From: Halorarum halobium | Lineage (GTDB): Archaea > Halobacteriota > Halobacteria > Halobacteriales > Haloferacaceae | Length of the DNA: 64,000 bases | Direction: 5' to 3' | NCBI RefSeq assembly: GCF_032116555.1 | Contig: NZ_CP134949.1 | Span: 1-64,000, forward strand | Shown here: positions 1 to 11,042 of the stretch, one piece after another | Layout of the letters: the number at the start of each line of letters is the position of its first letter | Position numbering within the stretch: the first letter of the stretch is position 1 | Program-made: the position numbers and the translations under genes | Notes under the pieces: generated by a model | The model's database searches: none | What the model saw: the letters and a program-made list of their open reading frames with translations, nothing else | What the model was told of the DNA's origin: nothing

Positions 1-93
1 GACCCCCGACGGGCCCGGTTCAACCCCTGATCTCCCGTCGTCGGCAGAACCGAACGACCACGTTCATACCCCCCCGTCCACTACCGGCTACCA

Positions 94-1182
94 ATGGACG
101 GCCCGCTGTGGACCGAGACGCACGCCCCCGACCTCGCGGACGTCCCCCAGGCGGAGGTCCGCGACCGGCTCTCCCGCGCGGTCGACGAGCCGATGAACCT
201 CGTCGTGCAGGGTCCGCCCGGCATCGGCAAGACAGCCGCGGTCCGGGCGCTCGCCCGCGAGACGCACGCCGATGCGGACAACGACCTCATCGAGATCAAC
301 GTCGCGGACTTCTTCGACCGCACGAAAAAGGAGATCCGCACTGACCCGCGCTTCGAGCCGTTCCTCCAGGGTCGAAGCCGGATGGCGAAACGCGACATGA
401 TCAACCGCGTGCTGAAGGAGTCGGCCGCCAACGCGCCGATGTCGGGCGAGTTCAAGACGGTGCTGCTCGACAACGCCGAGGCCATCCGCGAGGACTTCCA
501 GCAGGCGCTCCGGCGCGTGATGGAGCGCTACCACCGCACCACACAGTTCGTCATCACCACCCGCCAGCCCTCGAAGCTCATCCCGCCCATTCGATCGCGC
601 TGCTTCCCGGTCCCGATGCGGGTGCCGACCACCGACGAGACCATCGACGTGCTCGCCGGGATCTGTGAGGCCGAGGGCGTCGAGTACGACGACGACGGCC
701 TGGAGTTCGTCGCCAGCGCTGCGAACGGCGACGTCCGCGAGGCCGTGCTCTCCGCCCAGGCCACGGCGGTCGAGCACGACGCGGTGACGATGCAGGGCGC
801 CTACGAGACGCTGAACGACGTCGGCACCGACGAGCAGGTGCTCTCGGCGCTGGAGGAGGCCCGCGCAGGCGACCTCTCGGACGCCCGGGGCACGATCGAC
901 GACCTGCTCTCCGAGGAGGGGTTCGACGGCGGCGACCTGCTGCGGGAACTGTGCCGGGTCGCGCGCTCGAAGTCCGACGCCTCCTCCGAGTCCGTCGCCC
1001 GCCTCCACGCGCTCGCCGGCGAGGTCGACCTCGACCTAACCGACGGCCTCGACGACCGACTCCACCTCACCCACCTGCTCGCCTCGTGGGCGGCGGGGCG
1101 GCGGACGACCCGGCAGGGGGTGCGCGGCGACGGGTCGGCGGCGGGCGAGGGGCGGTCGGCCCGCGGCGGGGCGGACGCGTGA
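94..1182 (+). CDS. rfc: Replication factor C small subunit paralogue (clamp-loader AAA+ ATPase)
   Basis: W-x-E-x-H-x-P N-terminus, Walker A GPPGIGKT, Walker B-like LLDNAE, QQALRRVME, SRC motif (IRSRC), sensor-2 GDVR. Confidence 0.9.
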   Translation: MDGPLWTETHAPDLADVPQAEVRDRLSRAVDEPMNLVVQGPPGIGKTAAVRALARETHADADNDLIEINVADFFDRTKKEIRTDPRFEPFLQGRSRMAKRDMINRVLKESAANAPMSGEFKTVLLDNAEAIREDFQQALRRVMERYHRTTQFVITTRQPSKLIPPIRSRCFPVPMRVPTTDETIDVLAGICEAEGVEYDDDGLEFVASAANGDVREAVLSAQATAVEHDAVTMQGAYETLNDVGTDEQVLSALEEARAGDLSDARGTIDDLLSEEGFDGGDLLRELCRVARSKSDASSESVARLHALAGEVDLDLTDGLDDRLHLTHLLASWAAGRRTTRQGVRGDGSAAGEGRSARGGADA

Positions 1183-1769
1183 ACCTCACCCCCGGCGCGT
1201 GGCGGTACGTCCTCCCGCCGCTGGCGCTGGGCATCCCGCTGCTCGCGCTGGTGTTCCCCATCGGCCTCGCGCTCGTCGGGATGTCGGCGTTCGCGGCCTG
1301 GTTCTTCCGCGACCCCGAGCGCAGTCCGGCGGGCGAGGGCATCGTCTCCCCGGCGGACGGCCGCGTCTCGGTGCTGCGCGAGGACGGCGACCGCGTGCGC
1401 GTCGGGGTGTTCATGAGCCCGTTCGACGTCCACGTCAACCGTGCTCCGGCGGGCGGCGAGGTGACGCGGCTCGACCACCGCGGCGCGGCGCACAGACCGG
1501 CATTCTCGAAGGAGTCGGCCCGCAACGAGCGCGTCGAGTTCTCGGTCGGCGACGTGGACGGCGCGCTCATCGCGGGCTGGTTCGCCCGCCGGATCACCCC
1601 CTCGGTTTCCCGTGGAGACGAGGTGACCCGCGGCGAGCGCATCGGCCACATCGCGTTCGGGTCGCGCGCCGACGTCGTGTTGCCCCCCGAATACGGCACG
1701 TCGGACGTGCGGGTGAGGAAGGGCGAGAAGGTGCGGGCCGGCGAGTCGATCGTGGCTCGTCGGGACTGA
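1179..1769 (+). CDS. pssD: Archaetidylserine/phosphatidylserine decarboxylase (protein-sorting system PssD type)
   Basis: FFRDPER, SPADG, FMSPFDVHVNRAP and self-cleavage motif FGSR. GTG start overlaps the rfc stop (GTGA). Confidence 0.9.
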   Translation: MNLTPGAWRYVLPPLALGIPLLALVFPIGLALVGMSAFAAWFFRDPERSPAGEGIVSPADGRVSVLREDGDRVRVGVFMSPFDVHVNRAPAGGEVTRLDHRGAAHRPAFSKESARNERVEFSVGDVDGALIAGWFARRITPSVSRGDEVTRGERIGHIAFGSRADVVLPPEYGTSDVRVRKGEKVRAGESIVARRD

Positions 1770-1824
1770 CGACCCCCGACGGCGACTCGGGCGATTTTTG
1801 TGCGCGTCCCGGCATCCTCAGTCC

Positions 1825-2211
1825 GTGCCCTCCTCCGATCCGCCCTGGCGCTACGGCGTCGCGGTGTTCCCGCTCGTTCCGCTCGCGACGCTGACCGACC
1901 TCGTCGGCTTTCGGGTGTTCCTCGAACTCGTCGCCGGGGGCTCGACGAGCGAGGCCGGAATGCTGGCCGCCGTCGTCGCCTTCCTCGTCTCCGCCGTCGT
2001 CTCGATCGCGGGCGGCGTCGCCGCGCTCGTCGTGCTCGGCGCGCTCCTGCTCGACGCGCGAGCGCTCCGACGAACGGACGCTGCCTTCGCACCGCATCCG
2101 GCCGTCGCCGGGGTCGTGGGGCTCGTCCACTTGCTCGCGTGGCTCCTCGCGCCGCTGTACGTCCTCTCGGTGCCGGCGCTCGCCTACTACACCTACCGGC
2201 GGTTCGCGTAG
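1825..2211 (+). CDS. Hypothetical membrane protein
   Basis: 3-4 hydrophobic helices, typical haloarchaeal codon usage, C-terminal YYTYRRFA. Start uncertain (GTG 1825). Confidence 0.65.
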   Translation: MPSSDPPWRYGVAVFPLVPLATLTDLVGFRVFLELVAGGSTSEAGMLAAVVAFLVSAVVSIAGGVAALVVLGALLLDARALRRTDAAFAPHPAVAGVVGLVHLLAWLLAPLYVLSVPALAYYTYRRFA

Positions 2212-2230
2212 TCACCGGGCGTCGAGACGG

Positions 2231-3232
2231 TCAGCGTCCGTCGAGAACCAGCACGTGCCGGACGAGCGACCGGTGTACCCGGCGCTCGAACGAGTCCGTC
2301 ACCGACCACCCGGCAGCCTCCGCCTCGGCGCGCCAGGACCGGTCGGCGATCAGCACCCCGCGGGGCGCGACCCGGAAGGCCTCCGAGAGCGCGCCCTCCA
2401 CGAGGTCTGCCAGCCGGTGCCGGGCGATCTTCGACTGCCGGCCGTACGGCGCGTCGAACACGACGCCGTCGACGGCATCGTCCCGGAGTCCGAGCGCCGT
2501 GGCGTCGCCCCGAATCACCTCGAACTCGACATCGCCGGGCAGATACCGTGCGAGGTTCTCCCGCGTTCCCCGGACCATCTTCGCCTGCGCGTCGGCCCCG
2601 AGGACGTCGCTGCCGACGAGGCCGGCCTCGATGAGCGTCCCGCCCGTGCCACACATCGGGTCGAGCACGCGGGTGCCGGGGCCGGCGCCGGCGAGGTTGG
2701 CGTACGCCCGGGCGTCCATCGGCGCCATGCTCCCGGGCTGGAAGAACGGCCGATCGGTCGGCTTGCGCGTCGAGAAGTCCCGGACCGACTCGGCGACGAC
2801 CCAGCCGACCAGGCAGGTCCCGTCGGCGAACAGCACCCGGAGGACGTGGTCCGGATCGTCGAGGTCGACCGGGAAGCCGGCCTCGACGAGCGCCTCGCCG
2901 CACTCGCGCTCGGCAGCGCCGGTGCTCACGTCGGCCGAGTCGCGGACGACGCGGGCCCGGACCGCGACCGTCCCCTCGCGGCGTTCGGCGTCGGCGACGT
3001 CCCGCAGGCCCGACTCAACGACGGCCGTGGCGCTCGCGGCGTCAGCCCCTCCCTCGACCCGACCGAGCAGGTCGAGCGCGCGGTGGGTGTAGGCGAGCCC
3101 CCGGACGCGCTCGGGCGCGACCGCGTCGGCGACCGCGAGGCCCGGGGCGAGGACGGACACGCCGCTCGCGGCGGTCGCGGCCTCCCGGGCCGCGAAGGCG
3201 TCCTCCTCGCCGGCGAGTTCGAGCCCGTACAC
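2231..3232 (-). CDS. trm11: tRNA (guanine-10-N2)-methyltransferase (Trm11/TrmG10 family, THUMP + MTase)
   Basis: RKPTDRPFFQPGSM, VLDPMCGTGG SAM motif, FDAPYG, VHRSLVR. Start placed at GTG of VYGLELAGE. Confidence 0.88.
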   Translation of the reverse strand: MYGLELAGEEDAFAAREAATAASGVSVLAPGLAVADAVAPERVRGLAYTHRALDLLGRVEGGADAASATAVVESGLRDVADAERREGTVAVRARVVRDSADVSTGAAERECGEALVEAGFPVDLDDPDHVLRVLFADGTCLVGWVVAESVRDFSTRKPTDRPFFQPGSMAPMDARAYANLAGAGPGTRVLDPMCGTGGTLIEAGLVGSDVLGADAQAKMVRGTRENLARYLPGDVEFEVIRGDATALGLRDDAVDGVVFDAPYGRQSKIARHRLADLVEGALSEAFRVAPRGVLIADRSWRAEAEAAGWSVTDSFERRVHRSLVRHVLVLDGR

Positions 3233-3310
3233 GGGCCCCACGTGGCGGCCGTCGGGTATCAACCCCGCGACTCGTCGCGTGTCGGTGCCGGCCCCGGATT
3301 TCGGCGGCGA

Positions 3311-3347
3311 TACTACTTTAACTCTTAAATACGACCACTAGCAGGAG
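3311..3347 (+). promoter_or_regulatory. Putative TATA-box promoter and SD-like site upstream of tbp
   Basis: AT-rich island TACTTTAACTCTTAAATA in high-GC DNA just upstream of the ATG at 3350. AGGAG at 3343-3347. Confidence 0.55.
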
Positions 3348-3349
3348 AG

Positions 3350-3910
3350 ATGGCCGACGCAAAGGAGTCGATACATATCGAGAACGTCGTCGCGTCGACG
3401 GGGATCGGGCAGGAACTCGACCTCCAGACGGTTGCGATGGACCTTGAGGGGGCCGACTACGACCCCGAGCAGTTCCCGGGGCTCGTCTACCGGACGCAGG
3501 ACCCGAAGAGCGCGGCGCTCATCTTCCGGTCGGGCAAGATCGTCTGCACGGGCGCGAAATCCACCGACGCCGTCCATCGAGCGCTCGATCTGGTGTTCGA
3601 CGAGCTGCGCGCGCTCGACATCCCGATCGAGGAGAACCCGGAGGTCACCGTCCAGAACATCGTCACCTCGGCGGACCTGGGTGCCTCGCTCAACCTCAAC
3701 GCGATCGCCATCGGGCTCGGGCTCGAGAACATCGAGTACGAACCCGAGCAGTTCCCCGGGCTCGTCTACCGGCTCGGCGAACCGGACGTCGTCGCCCTGC
3801 TGTTCGGCTCGGGGAAGCTCGTCATCACCGGCGGGAAGGAGCCCAGCGACGCCGAGGCGGCCGTGGACGTCATCACCGAGCGCCTCACGGAGCTCGGCCT
3901 CTTCGGCTGA
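3350..3910 (+). CDS. tbp: TATA-box-binding protein
   Basis: Two TBP repeats: IENVVAS...YDPEQFPGLVYR...LIFRSGKIVCTGAKS and VQNIVTS...YEPEQFPGLVYR...LLFGSGKLVITGGK. Confidence 0.98.
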   Translation: MADAKESIHIENVVASTGIGQELDLQTVAMDLEGADYDPEQFPGLVYRTQDPKSAALIFRSGKIVCTGAKSTDAVHRALDLVFDELRALDIPIEENPEVTVQNIVTSADLGASLNLNAIAIGLGLENIEYEPEQFPGLVYRLGEPDVVALLFGSGKLVITGGKEPSDAEAAVDVITERLTELGLFG

Positions 3911-3913
3911 GGG

Positions 3914-4267
3914 ATGTTACTCCAGACCTCGCCGGGCCGGGTCGTCGCCGGCTTCCTCCTCATCGCGGTGCTCTCGACGCTCGTCGCCAACACCGCCGCC
4001 TACTACGTGCTCGGTGACGCCGCCGAACTCCGCCGCGCGGTGCTCCCGGGCGTCGCCATGGCGGCCGTCGGCCTCACCGCCGCCGTGCTCCCGGTGGCGG
4101 CCGTCATCGGCCTCGCGCTCGTCGTCGACTTCGTTGCCGTCGCGGTCGCGTACGACCTGAACCGCCGCGGCACCGCGATGGTGACCGCGATGCACTACAC
4201 GCTCACGGTCGCGGTCGCGCTGTTCGCCAACTACTCGCTCGCGCTGTACCAGGACGCCCCGCTGTGA
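3914..4267 (+). CDS. Hypothetical membrane protein
   Basis: Four hydrophobic segments, 3 bp after tbp, good codon usage. Confidence 0.7.
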   Translation: MLLQTSPGRVVAGFLLIAVLSTLVANTAAYYVLGDAAELRRAVLPGVAMAAVGLTAAVLPVAAVIGLALVVDFVAVAVAYDLNRRGTAMVTAMHYTLTVAVALFANYSLALYQDAPL

Positions 4268-5259
4268 ACGACGCGTCGCCCCCGCCCGCGGGACCGTCCG
4301 AGGGCTCGTCCGAACCCCCGGACGCGCCCGACCCGCGGGGACGGTTTCCCCGACTGCGTCGCCTGTTCTGGATTCCGGACGAGCGCCGGCCGACCGCGCC
4401 GCTCCGGCTGTTCGCCGCGCTGGTCGTCGTCGCCGTCGCCGCGGTCCTCACGTCGCTCCTGCTCGTCTTCCTCCCGCTCTCGGGCGTCGCCGCCACGGTC
4501 GTCACGAGCCTGGCGATTCCGGTCGCCGTCACGCTCGCGGTGCTGGTTGCCGCCCGGTTCGTGGACCGCCGGCGGCTCGCCGACCTCGGCCTGAGACGGG
4601 AGCGGGGCTGGCTCGCGGACCTCGGCTTCGGCCTCGCGCTCGGCGTCGCCCTGCAGGCGCTCGTCGCCGGCGTCGGCCTCGCAGCCGGCTGGTACCGGCT
4701 CTCGGGCGTCCTCGTCGGCCCGCCGGTCGGCCTGCTGACGACGCTCGCGCTGTTTCTCGGCGTCGGCGTCTACGAGGAACTGCTGCTCCGGGGGTATCTG
4801 CTCACCAACCTCGGCGAGTGGTTCTCGCGGCACGCCGGGCCCCTTCGGGCGGCCGGCCTGGCGCTCGTCGCCTCCAGCGGCGTCTTCGGCGCTGCCCACC
4901 TCACCAACCCGGGCGCGACGCTCGTCTCGACGCTTGGCATCACGTTCGCCGGCCTGTTCCTGGGACTGGGCTACCTGCTCACCGGGCGGCTCTCGCTCCC
5001 GGTCGGCGTCCACATCTCGTGGAACTACGCGCAGGGGAGCCTGTTCGGCTTCCCGGTCAGCGGGCTGTCGGTGCCCGCGAGCGTGCTCGCGCTGGAGCCG
5101 ACCGGCCCCGAGGCGGTCACCGGCGGGAGTTTCGGCCCGGAGGCGGGGTTGCTCGGGATGGCCGCGCTGTGTGTCGGCATCGCGGCGACCACGTGGTGGG
5201 CCCGCTGGCGCGGGGAGGGGGGACTGGACGAACGGGTGCTGACGCTGGAGCGGCGCTGA
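4264..5259 (+). CDS. CPBP (CAAX/Abi) family intramembrane metalloprotease
   Basis: EELLLRG, FGAAH and HISWN motifs with multiple TM helices. Confidence 0.9.
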   Translation: MNDASPPPAGPSEGSSEPPDAPDPRGRFPRLRRLFWIPDERRPTAPLRLFAALVVVAVAAVLTSLLLVFLPLSGVAATVVTSLAIPVAVTLAVLVAARFVDRRRLADLGLRRERGWLADLGFGLALGVALQALVAGVGLAAGWYRLSGVLVGPPVGLLTTLALFLGVGVYEELLLRGYLLTNLGEWFSRHAGPLRAAGLALVASSGVFGAAHLTNPGATLVSTLGITFAGLFLGLGYLLTGRLSLPVGVHISWNYAQGSLFGFPVSGLSVPASVLALEPTGPEAVTGGSFGPEAGLLGMAALCVGIAATTWWARWRGEGGLDERVLTLERR

Positions 5260-5369
5260 ACGAGCCCCGACGCGGCGTCCCTCGACGATCCACCCCGGTG
5301 ACCGTCAACGGCCCGAGGGGGCAGGGTCGACGCGGAACGTTGATACGGCCCGATGCTGGCTCCTTGAAC

Positions 5370-5756
5370 GTGTTCGAGTGGCTGTTCCCGACGTGGACGA
5401 ACCCGGCCCTCCTCGCGCTGCTCGTCGGTCTGCGCGCGGCGGCCAACGTCGCCCTGACCGCGCTGGTGGCCCGGTCGCGACCCCCGAAAGCGGGGTCGGT
5501 GGTCACGGTCGGCGCGGCGGCGCTCACCGTCCTCTCCGCCGCGCTTTCGGTGCTGGTCCTCCGCGGCGACCTCGGGCTCGGCGCGTCGTACCTCGAGTTC
5601 GCCGTCCAGGTCGTCCTCGTCGTCGCCGGCGGCTACGCCGTCCGGTCGAACGGCTCCACCAGGCAGGTGCGGGCGGCCCTGCTCGCGGCCGCCTGCGCGA
5701 TCGGACTGCTCCTCGTCACGATCCCGGCGTACGGCGAGGCGACCGTCGCGCCCTGA
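5370..5756 (+). CDS. Hypothetical membrane protein
   Basis: GTG start (VFEWLFPTW...), four TM helices. C-terminal part of the 4818 ORF. Confidence 0.65.
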   Translation: MFEWLFPTWTNPALLALLVGLRAAANVALTALVARSRPPKAGSVVTVGAAALTVLSAALSVLVLRGDLGLGASYLEFAVQVVLVVAGGYAVRSNGSTRQVRAALLAAACAIGLLLVTIPAYGEATVAP

Positions 5757-5834
5757 GGCGGGCGTCCGGAGCCGCGACGCGTGCTGTGGTCAGCCCACCG
5801 ACAGATACTTCTCGGAGACACGTCCACAGCCCCC

Positions 5835-7112
5835 ATGCGCCGTCGGACGTACCTCTCGGCCGTGGGCACGGGGATGGCGGGCCTCTCGGGCTGTGCGAGC
5901 GGGACTGACCCCGGGACGACGGGAACCGCCACCGAGCCCCCGACGGGCCGACACTCCGTGACGCCGTCCGGGACGCGGACCGAGACGCCGAGGCCGAACC
6001 CGGACACGATCTTCGTCGACCGCGAGGCGGGGGAACCCGGAAACCCCGGAACCGCCGAGGAGCCGCTCGACTCGATCCAGCGGGCCCTCGGTCACGCCCG
6101 GCCGGGCGAGACGGTGTACGTCCGCCCGGGCGTCTACCGCGAGCCCGTGTCGCCGCCCCGGAGCGGTGAGCCGGGCGCGCCGATCACGATCACCGGCCCG
6201 CCGGACGCGATCCTCAAGCCGAGCGAGCGGCGCTACTACATGCTCATCATCCGGCGGAGCCACGTCCACCTCACCGGCCTCACGGTCGACGGGCTCAAAC
6301 GCCCCGACGAGCCGGACTCCGTCGAATCGTACGCCCGGACCTCGCCGATCGTGACCCGGCCGCCGCCCGACACCGACGAGTACCTCCGGGACCTGGTCAT
6401 CGCGCCCCACGGGGTCGGCAACACTCGGAAGGCGCTCGTCGCCATCGACCGGACGCAGAACTCCGTCGTCGGCCCGTTCGAGGTGATCGGCCCCGGCGGG
6501 ACGAAGTACCTGCTCACGGACCGGCACGGGCACAACGGCGAGGTCGTCTACCTCGGCACGTCGCCGAGCAACCTCGGGACCGACTGGCACCCGTGGACCG
6601 AGTACGACCGGACGAGCGGCATCCGGGTCCACCACGTCGACAACTCGGCCGGGTACGCCCACTCGGAGCTGGTGAACACGAAGCTCGGGACCCACGACAT
6701 CACCGTCGAGTACTGCACCGACGGCGGGGGCTCGAAGAACACGGAGGACACCCCCGCGGCGTCGATGCGGCTCCAGAGCTTCGACACGACCGTCCGCTGG
6801 TGTGACCTCCGCGACGGGATGGGTCACGGCGTCGAGATCGGGAGCTACAAGGCCCGAGACGCACGCAGGGAGGGGAACCCGTCGGAGATCGAGCGGCGGG
6901 GCGGCTCGGACAACGCAGTGTACGGCAACCGGATCACCGGGTTCGACGACGAGGCGATCGCGTACCCGGTCGTCCGCGGACAGGCCGACCAGCGGTACGT
7001 CTGCGGGAACACGTACGACGGGGCCACCGACGGCACTCCCGACGCGAACTGCGGCGAGGAGGTGCCGACCGGCGACGGCATCGGGCACACCGGCGGCAAC
7101 ACCGAGCGATAG
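5835..7112 (+). CDS. Tat-exported lipoprotein with DUF1565/right-handed beta-helix (pectin lyase-like) domain
   Basis: MRRRTYL twin-arginine motif, lipobox LSGC, Thr/Pro linker, GTAEEPLDSIQRAL..ARPGETVYVRPGVYRE, G..GAPITITG. Confidence 0.8.
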   Translation: MRRRTYLSAVGTGMAGLSGCASGTDPGTTGTATEPPTGRHSVTPSGTRTETPRPNPDTIFVDREAGEPGNPGTAEEPLDSIQRALGHARPGETVYVRPGVYREPVSPPRSGEPGAPITITGPPDAILKPSERRYYMLIIRRSHVHLTGLTVDGLKRPDEPDSVESYARTSPIVTRPPPDTDEYLRDLVIAPHGVGNTRKALVAIDRTQNSVVGPFEVIGPGGTKYLLTDRHGHNGEVVYLGTSPSNLGTDWHPWTEYDRTSGIRVHHVDNSAGYAHSELVNTKLGTHDITVEYCTDGGGSKNTEDTPAASMRLQSFDTTVRWCDLRDGMGHGVEIGSYKARDARREGNPSEIERRGGSDNAVYGNRITGFDDEAIAYPVVRGQADQRYVCGNTYDGATDGTPDANCGEEVPTGDGIGHTGGNTER

Positions 7113-7158
7113 CTCCCCGTCGTGTCGTGGTGTGGCCTCCCCAACGTCGCCGCCGCAC

Positions 7159-8046
7159 TCACTCCACCAGCCGCTCGATCTCGGTGACGAGGATGTCGGT
7201 CGCGCCGACCGACTGCAGGTCCGAGATGACGCCGAACACCTCGCGCTCGTCGACGACGACGTGGACCGCGACGTGGTCGGCCTTCCCGTCAACCTCGCCG
7301 GCGTCCGTGGCCGACTTGGGCGAGTCCGCCACGTCCATCACGGTCGGCCCGCCCATCCCCGGAATGACGTCCTTCACGTCCTCCAGCCGGTCGCTCGGGG
7401 CGTTCATCATCAGGTAGCGCTTCCCGTCGGCGGCGATGACCGACGAGAGCGCCGTCTCGACCTCCCCGACCTTCGGGTCGTCGGCGACGTCCGGGCGGGC
7501 GAACAGCCGGACCGAGGAAGCGAGCACCTCGTCGATCACAGCGAGGCGGTTCACCTGCAGCGTCGTCCCCGTCGAGGTGATGTCGACGATTGCGTCGGCC
7601 ATCTCGACGTGGGGCGTGAGTTCCGTGGCGCCAGTCACCTCCACGACCCCGGCGTCGATGCCCTTCTCGTCGAGGTACTCGTGGGTGATGCGGGGGAACT
7701 CGGTGGCGACCGTGAGCCCCTCCACGTCCCCGGGTTCGGTGATGTCGCCCTCCTCGGGTGCGGCGAGCACGAGCCGGCAGTTGCCGAACGCGAGGTCGAG
7801 CAGGTCGTCCAGCTCCGCGCCCGACTCGCGGGCCTGATCGAGCCCCGTGACGCCCAGATCGGCCGCGCCGTCGGCGACGTACTCGGGAACGTCGGCGGCG
7901 CGTGCGAACAGCACGGAGACGTCGGGGTCGACGGTGTCGGCGTACAGCTGTCGGTCGGCGGTCTCCTCGACGTGCAGGCCGGCCCGTTCGAGGAGGTCCA
8001 TCGTCGGCTCGTGCAAGCGCCCCTTGTTGGGCACGGCGATGCGCAT
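7159..8046 (-). CDS. hisG: ATP phosphoribosyltransferase (long form)
   Basis: [44 protein letters not shown] and C-terminal regulatory domain. Confidence 0.97.
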   Translation of the reverse strand: MRIAVPNKGRLHEPTMDLLERAGLHVEETADRQLYADTVDPDVSVLFARAADVPEYVADGAADLGVTGLDQARESGAELDDLLDLAFGNCRLVLAAPEEGDITEPGDVEGLTVATEFPRITHEYLDEKGIDAGVVEVTGATELTPHVEMADAIVDITSTGTTLQVNRLAVIDEVLASSVRLFARPDVADDPKVGEVETALSSVIAADGKRYLMMNAPSDRLEDVKDVIPGMGGPTVMDVADSPKSATDAGEVDGKADHVAVHVVVDEREVFGVISDLQSVGATDILVTEIERLVE

Positions 8047-8145
8047 GCGCGAGTCCAGGGGGTGGGCCGGGAACTGTCTTTCCCTCCGAGCGGGACCGGC
8101 ACGGGGAGACGGTAGGCCTTTGGGCCGCGGTGCGGTGTCCCAGGT

Positions 8146-9345
8146 ATGTTCGTCCTCCAGTCCGAGCCGAGCGCCGCCGCGCCAGCGCTCGGCCCGCCGC
8201 TCGCCCTCTGGGTCCTCCTGTGTCTGGTCGCGCTCGTGGTGGGGCTCGTCGCCACGGCGATCACCCGCCGGCTGTCGAACCCGGTCGGGAAGTTCCGCCT
8301 GCTGTACCTCGGCGTGCTCCTCCCGCTCGGCCTGCTCGCCTACGGCCTCCTCTCGCTGCTGGATCTCGGCGCCGCGCTCCGCGCGCCGCTCGTCGGGCCC
8401 CGCTCCGGACCGCTCGGGGTCGTACTCGCGGACTTTCTCACGATGCTGGCGGCGGGGGTCATCGGGCTGGCCGCGTACGCGCCGACGGTCCCCGCCGTCC
8501 GCGACGCCCGCGACATCGACCTGGGCGTCGGCGAGAGCCTCGCGGCGATGGCGCGCTACCTCGCCGGGCTCAGCCTCGTGTTCGCGCTGGCGTTCGCGCC
8601 GTTCCGCCTCGGCGGGACCGACTCGCCGCTCGCGCTCGTCGCCGGCCTCGCCGTTCTGGTCGGGCTCCTCGTCGCGGCCTCGCCGTGGCTGGTCGAAGCG
8701 CTCCGCTCGACCCACCGCCCGAGCGGCGCGGACGCGGACCGGGTCGCCGACCTGCGGAAGCGTGCGGGCCTCGACGTCCGGGACGTCCGGGTGCTCGACA
8801 CCGACGACGAGGAGACGGCGAGCGCGCTCGTCCGCGGGCCGCCCCGGTTCCGCCGCCTGTTCGTCACGAGCACGTTCCTCGACGCGTTCGAGGACGACGT
8901 CGCGACCGCGCTGCTGGCGGTCCAGGCCGGCCGGCTTCGCTCGCACGCGCTGGCCCGCCGCATGGCCGCGGTCGTCGTCCCCGTCTTCCCGCTGGCGGCC
9001 GCGGTTTCGGGCGACGGTCCGGCCTGGCTCCTGCTCCTCGCGGCTGTCGTCGCGCTCGTTGGCGGTCTCGGGTTCGCGCGGCGCGGCGTCCTCGCGGCCG
9101 ACGACGACGCCGCCGAGCGGGTCGGCCCGGACGTACTCGTCGCGGCGTTCGAGCGCTACGCCGCGTTCCACAACCTGGAGCCGTCGCGCCGGCGGGTGCC
9201 GAACCCGCTCTCGGCCAACGTCCCGCTCGGCGACCGGATCGACCGCATCCGGGAACGCGGTGCCGACGCCGCCGGCGGTCGTCGTGGCGGGAACGGGGGC
9301 CACGCCGACGGCGAGGACGACGCCGCTCGACCTTCGACGGATTGA
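8146..9345 (+). CDS. Membrane protein with degenerate peptidase M48-like C-terminal domain
   Basis: N-terminal TM helices, then M48-like elements ([31 protein letters not shown]), but AVQAGR replaces HExxH. Confidence 0.65.
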   Translation: MFVLQSEPSAAAPALGPPLALWVLLCLVALVVGLVATAITRRLSNPVGKFRLLYLGVLLPLGLLAYGLLSLLDLGAALRAPLVGPRSGPLGVVLADFLTMLAAGVIGLAAYAPTVPAVRDARDIDLGVGESLAAMARYLAGLSLVFALAFAPFRLGGTDSPLALVAGLAVLVGLLVAASPWLVEALRSTHRPSGADADRVADLRKRAGLDVRDVRVLDTDDEETASALVRGPPRFRRLFVTSTFLDAFEDDVATALLAVQAGRLRSHALARRMAAVVVPVFPLAAAVSGDGPAWLLLLAAVVALVGGLGFARRGVLAADDDAAERVGPDVLVAAFERYAAFHNLEPSRRRVPNPLSANVPLGDRIDRIRERGADAAGGRRGGNGGHADGEDDAARPSTD

Positions 9346-9370
9346 GGGACCGTCGCCCCGCAGACGGGGT

Positions 9371-10735
9371 ATGACCACGCTCGAAATCACCGGCGGCCGC
9401 GTCCTCCGCCCCGGTCGGGACGGCGGGACGGGATCGTCCCGGGCGGCCGACCACTCGATCGAGGCCGCTGACGTCCTGGTCGGCGTCGAGGCGGGCGAGA
9501 TTCTGGCGGTCGGCCCGGACGTCGCCGAGGGGACCGACGCCACTGCCGGGGAAGCCGGCGGGGCCGACGAGACGCTGGACGCCTCGGGCGGCCTCGTCAT
9601 CCCGGGGCTGGTGAACGCCCACGGCCACGCGGCGATGACGCTCCTGCGCGGCTACGCCGACGACAAGCACCTCGAGGCGTGGCTCCGGGAGGACATCTGG
9701 CCCGCGGAGGCCGAACTGACCCCCGAGGACGTCGCCGCGGGCACGCGGCTCGCGGCGCTGGAGATGATCCGGAGCGGGACGACGGCGTTCGCGGACATGT
9801 ACTTCCACGTCGGCGAGGTCGTCGACGCGGTCCGGGAGGCGGGCCTGCGGGCACGGGTCGGGCACGGCGTCGTCACCGTCGGCAAGGACGACGAGGGCGC
9901 ACACGCCGACTTCGAGGAGTCGCTCTCTGTCGCCGAGAAGTTCGACGGCGCGGCCGACGGCCGGGTCCGGACGGCGGTGATGCCCCACGCGCCCCACACG
10001 GTCGGGAGCGACTACTTCGCGGAGTTCGTCCCGCGGGCCCGCGCGGCGGGCGTCCCGTTCCACTTCCACCTGAACGAGACCGAGGTGTACGTCGAGGAGA
10101 TCGGCGAGGAGGCGGGCGTCCGGCCGGCCGAGTACGCCGCCGACCACGACCTGCTGGCCGAGGACACCTGGGTCGCCCACGGCGTCCACATCGACGCCGG
10201 GGAGATCGACCGCCTCGCCGACTCCGGCACGGCGGTCGTCCACTGTCCGGCCTCGAACATGAAGCTCAACTCCGGGATGGCTCCCGTCCAGGAGATGCTC
10301 GACGCCGGCGTGACGGTCGCGCTCGGCACCGACGGCGCGGCCTCGAACAACGACCTCGACATGTTCGGGGAACTCCGCGACGCGGCGATGCTCGGCAAGC
10401 TCGCTGCCGACGACGCGGAGGCGGTCGACGCGGACACGGCGGTGCGGATGGCGACCGAGGGCGGCGCGAACGCGCTGGGCATCGAGGCCGGACGGGTCGA
10501 GGCGGGCGCGAAGGCGGACCTCGCGGTGGTGGATCTGGAGGCCGCCCATCTCACGCCCGAGCACGATCTGGTGTCGCACCTGGCGTACTCGGCGAAGGGG
10601 AGCGACGTTCGCCACACGGTGTGTGACGGCTCGGTGCTGATGCGGGATCGGGAGGTGCTGACGCTGGAGGAGGACGCCGTTCGGGAGCGCGCGGAGACGG
10701 CCGCGAGGGATCTGGCTGCGCGGGCGCGGGACTGA
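9371..10735 (+). CDS. mtaD: Amidohydrolase, 5-methylthioadenosine/S-adenosylhomocysteine deaminase family
   Basis: [54 protein letters not shown]. Confidence 0.88.
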   Translation: MTTLEITGGRVLRPGRDGGTGSSRAADHSIEAADVLVGVEAGEILAVGPDVAEGTDATAGEAGGADETLDASGGLVIPGLVNAHGHAAMTLLRGYADDKHLEAWLREDIWPAEAELTPEDVAAGTRLAALEMIRSGTTAFADMYFHVGEVVDAVREAGLRARVGHGVVTVGKDDEGAHADFEESLSVAEKFDGAADGRVRTAVMPHAPHTVGSDYFAEFVPRARAAGVPFHFHLNETEVYVEEIGEEAGVRPAEYAADHDLLAEDTWVAHGVHIDAGEIDRLADSGTAVVHCPASNMKLNSGMAPVQEMLDAGVTVALGTDGAASNNDLDMFGELRDAAMLGKLAADDAEAVDADTAVRMATEGGANALGIEAGRVEAGAKADLAVVDLEAAHLTPEHDLVSHLAYSAKGSDVRHTVCDGSVLMRDREVLTLEEDAVRERAETAARDLAARARD

Positions 10736-10856
10736 CTTCGGGACGTTCGAGGATGGTGTTCTTGCCTGATCGGCGGTTTCGTCGACACGCCGTCGATCGT
10801 CTTGGAAGTCTTCGTGGCGTTCGTTTTCAGGCGACAGTCGATTGTCGTGGCGCACA

Positions 10857-11015
10857 CCTCGAAAGCCCGCGCGGCCCCTTTCACTCCCGCCCACTGCGCC
10901 TCACCCTCCCCAGCCTCCTGTGCGTTACCTCGGAGCAAACTCCTCGGAAGTCACCCTCGCTTCGCTCGCGTGAGCCTCGCACGAGCGGTCTCGCTACGCT
11001 CGATCGCTGCGCGCC
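10857..11015 (-). repeat. Modular structured intergenic element, family A, copy 1
   Basis: Reverse complement carries GGCGCG..., GGCTGGGGAGGG, GGGCGGGAGTGAAAGGGG and GGGCTTTCGAGG, shared with four other copies. Confidence 0.85.
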
Positions 11016-11042
11016 ACGTGGCCCGTGTCAGGTCGTGCGGTC

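Noticed and set aside
7159..10735. Apparent 813-aa hisG and 962-aa mtaD fusion ORFs
   Set aside because: The N-terminal extensions are off-frame or antisense read-through of other genes. True starts are 8046 and 9371.
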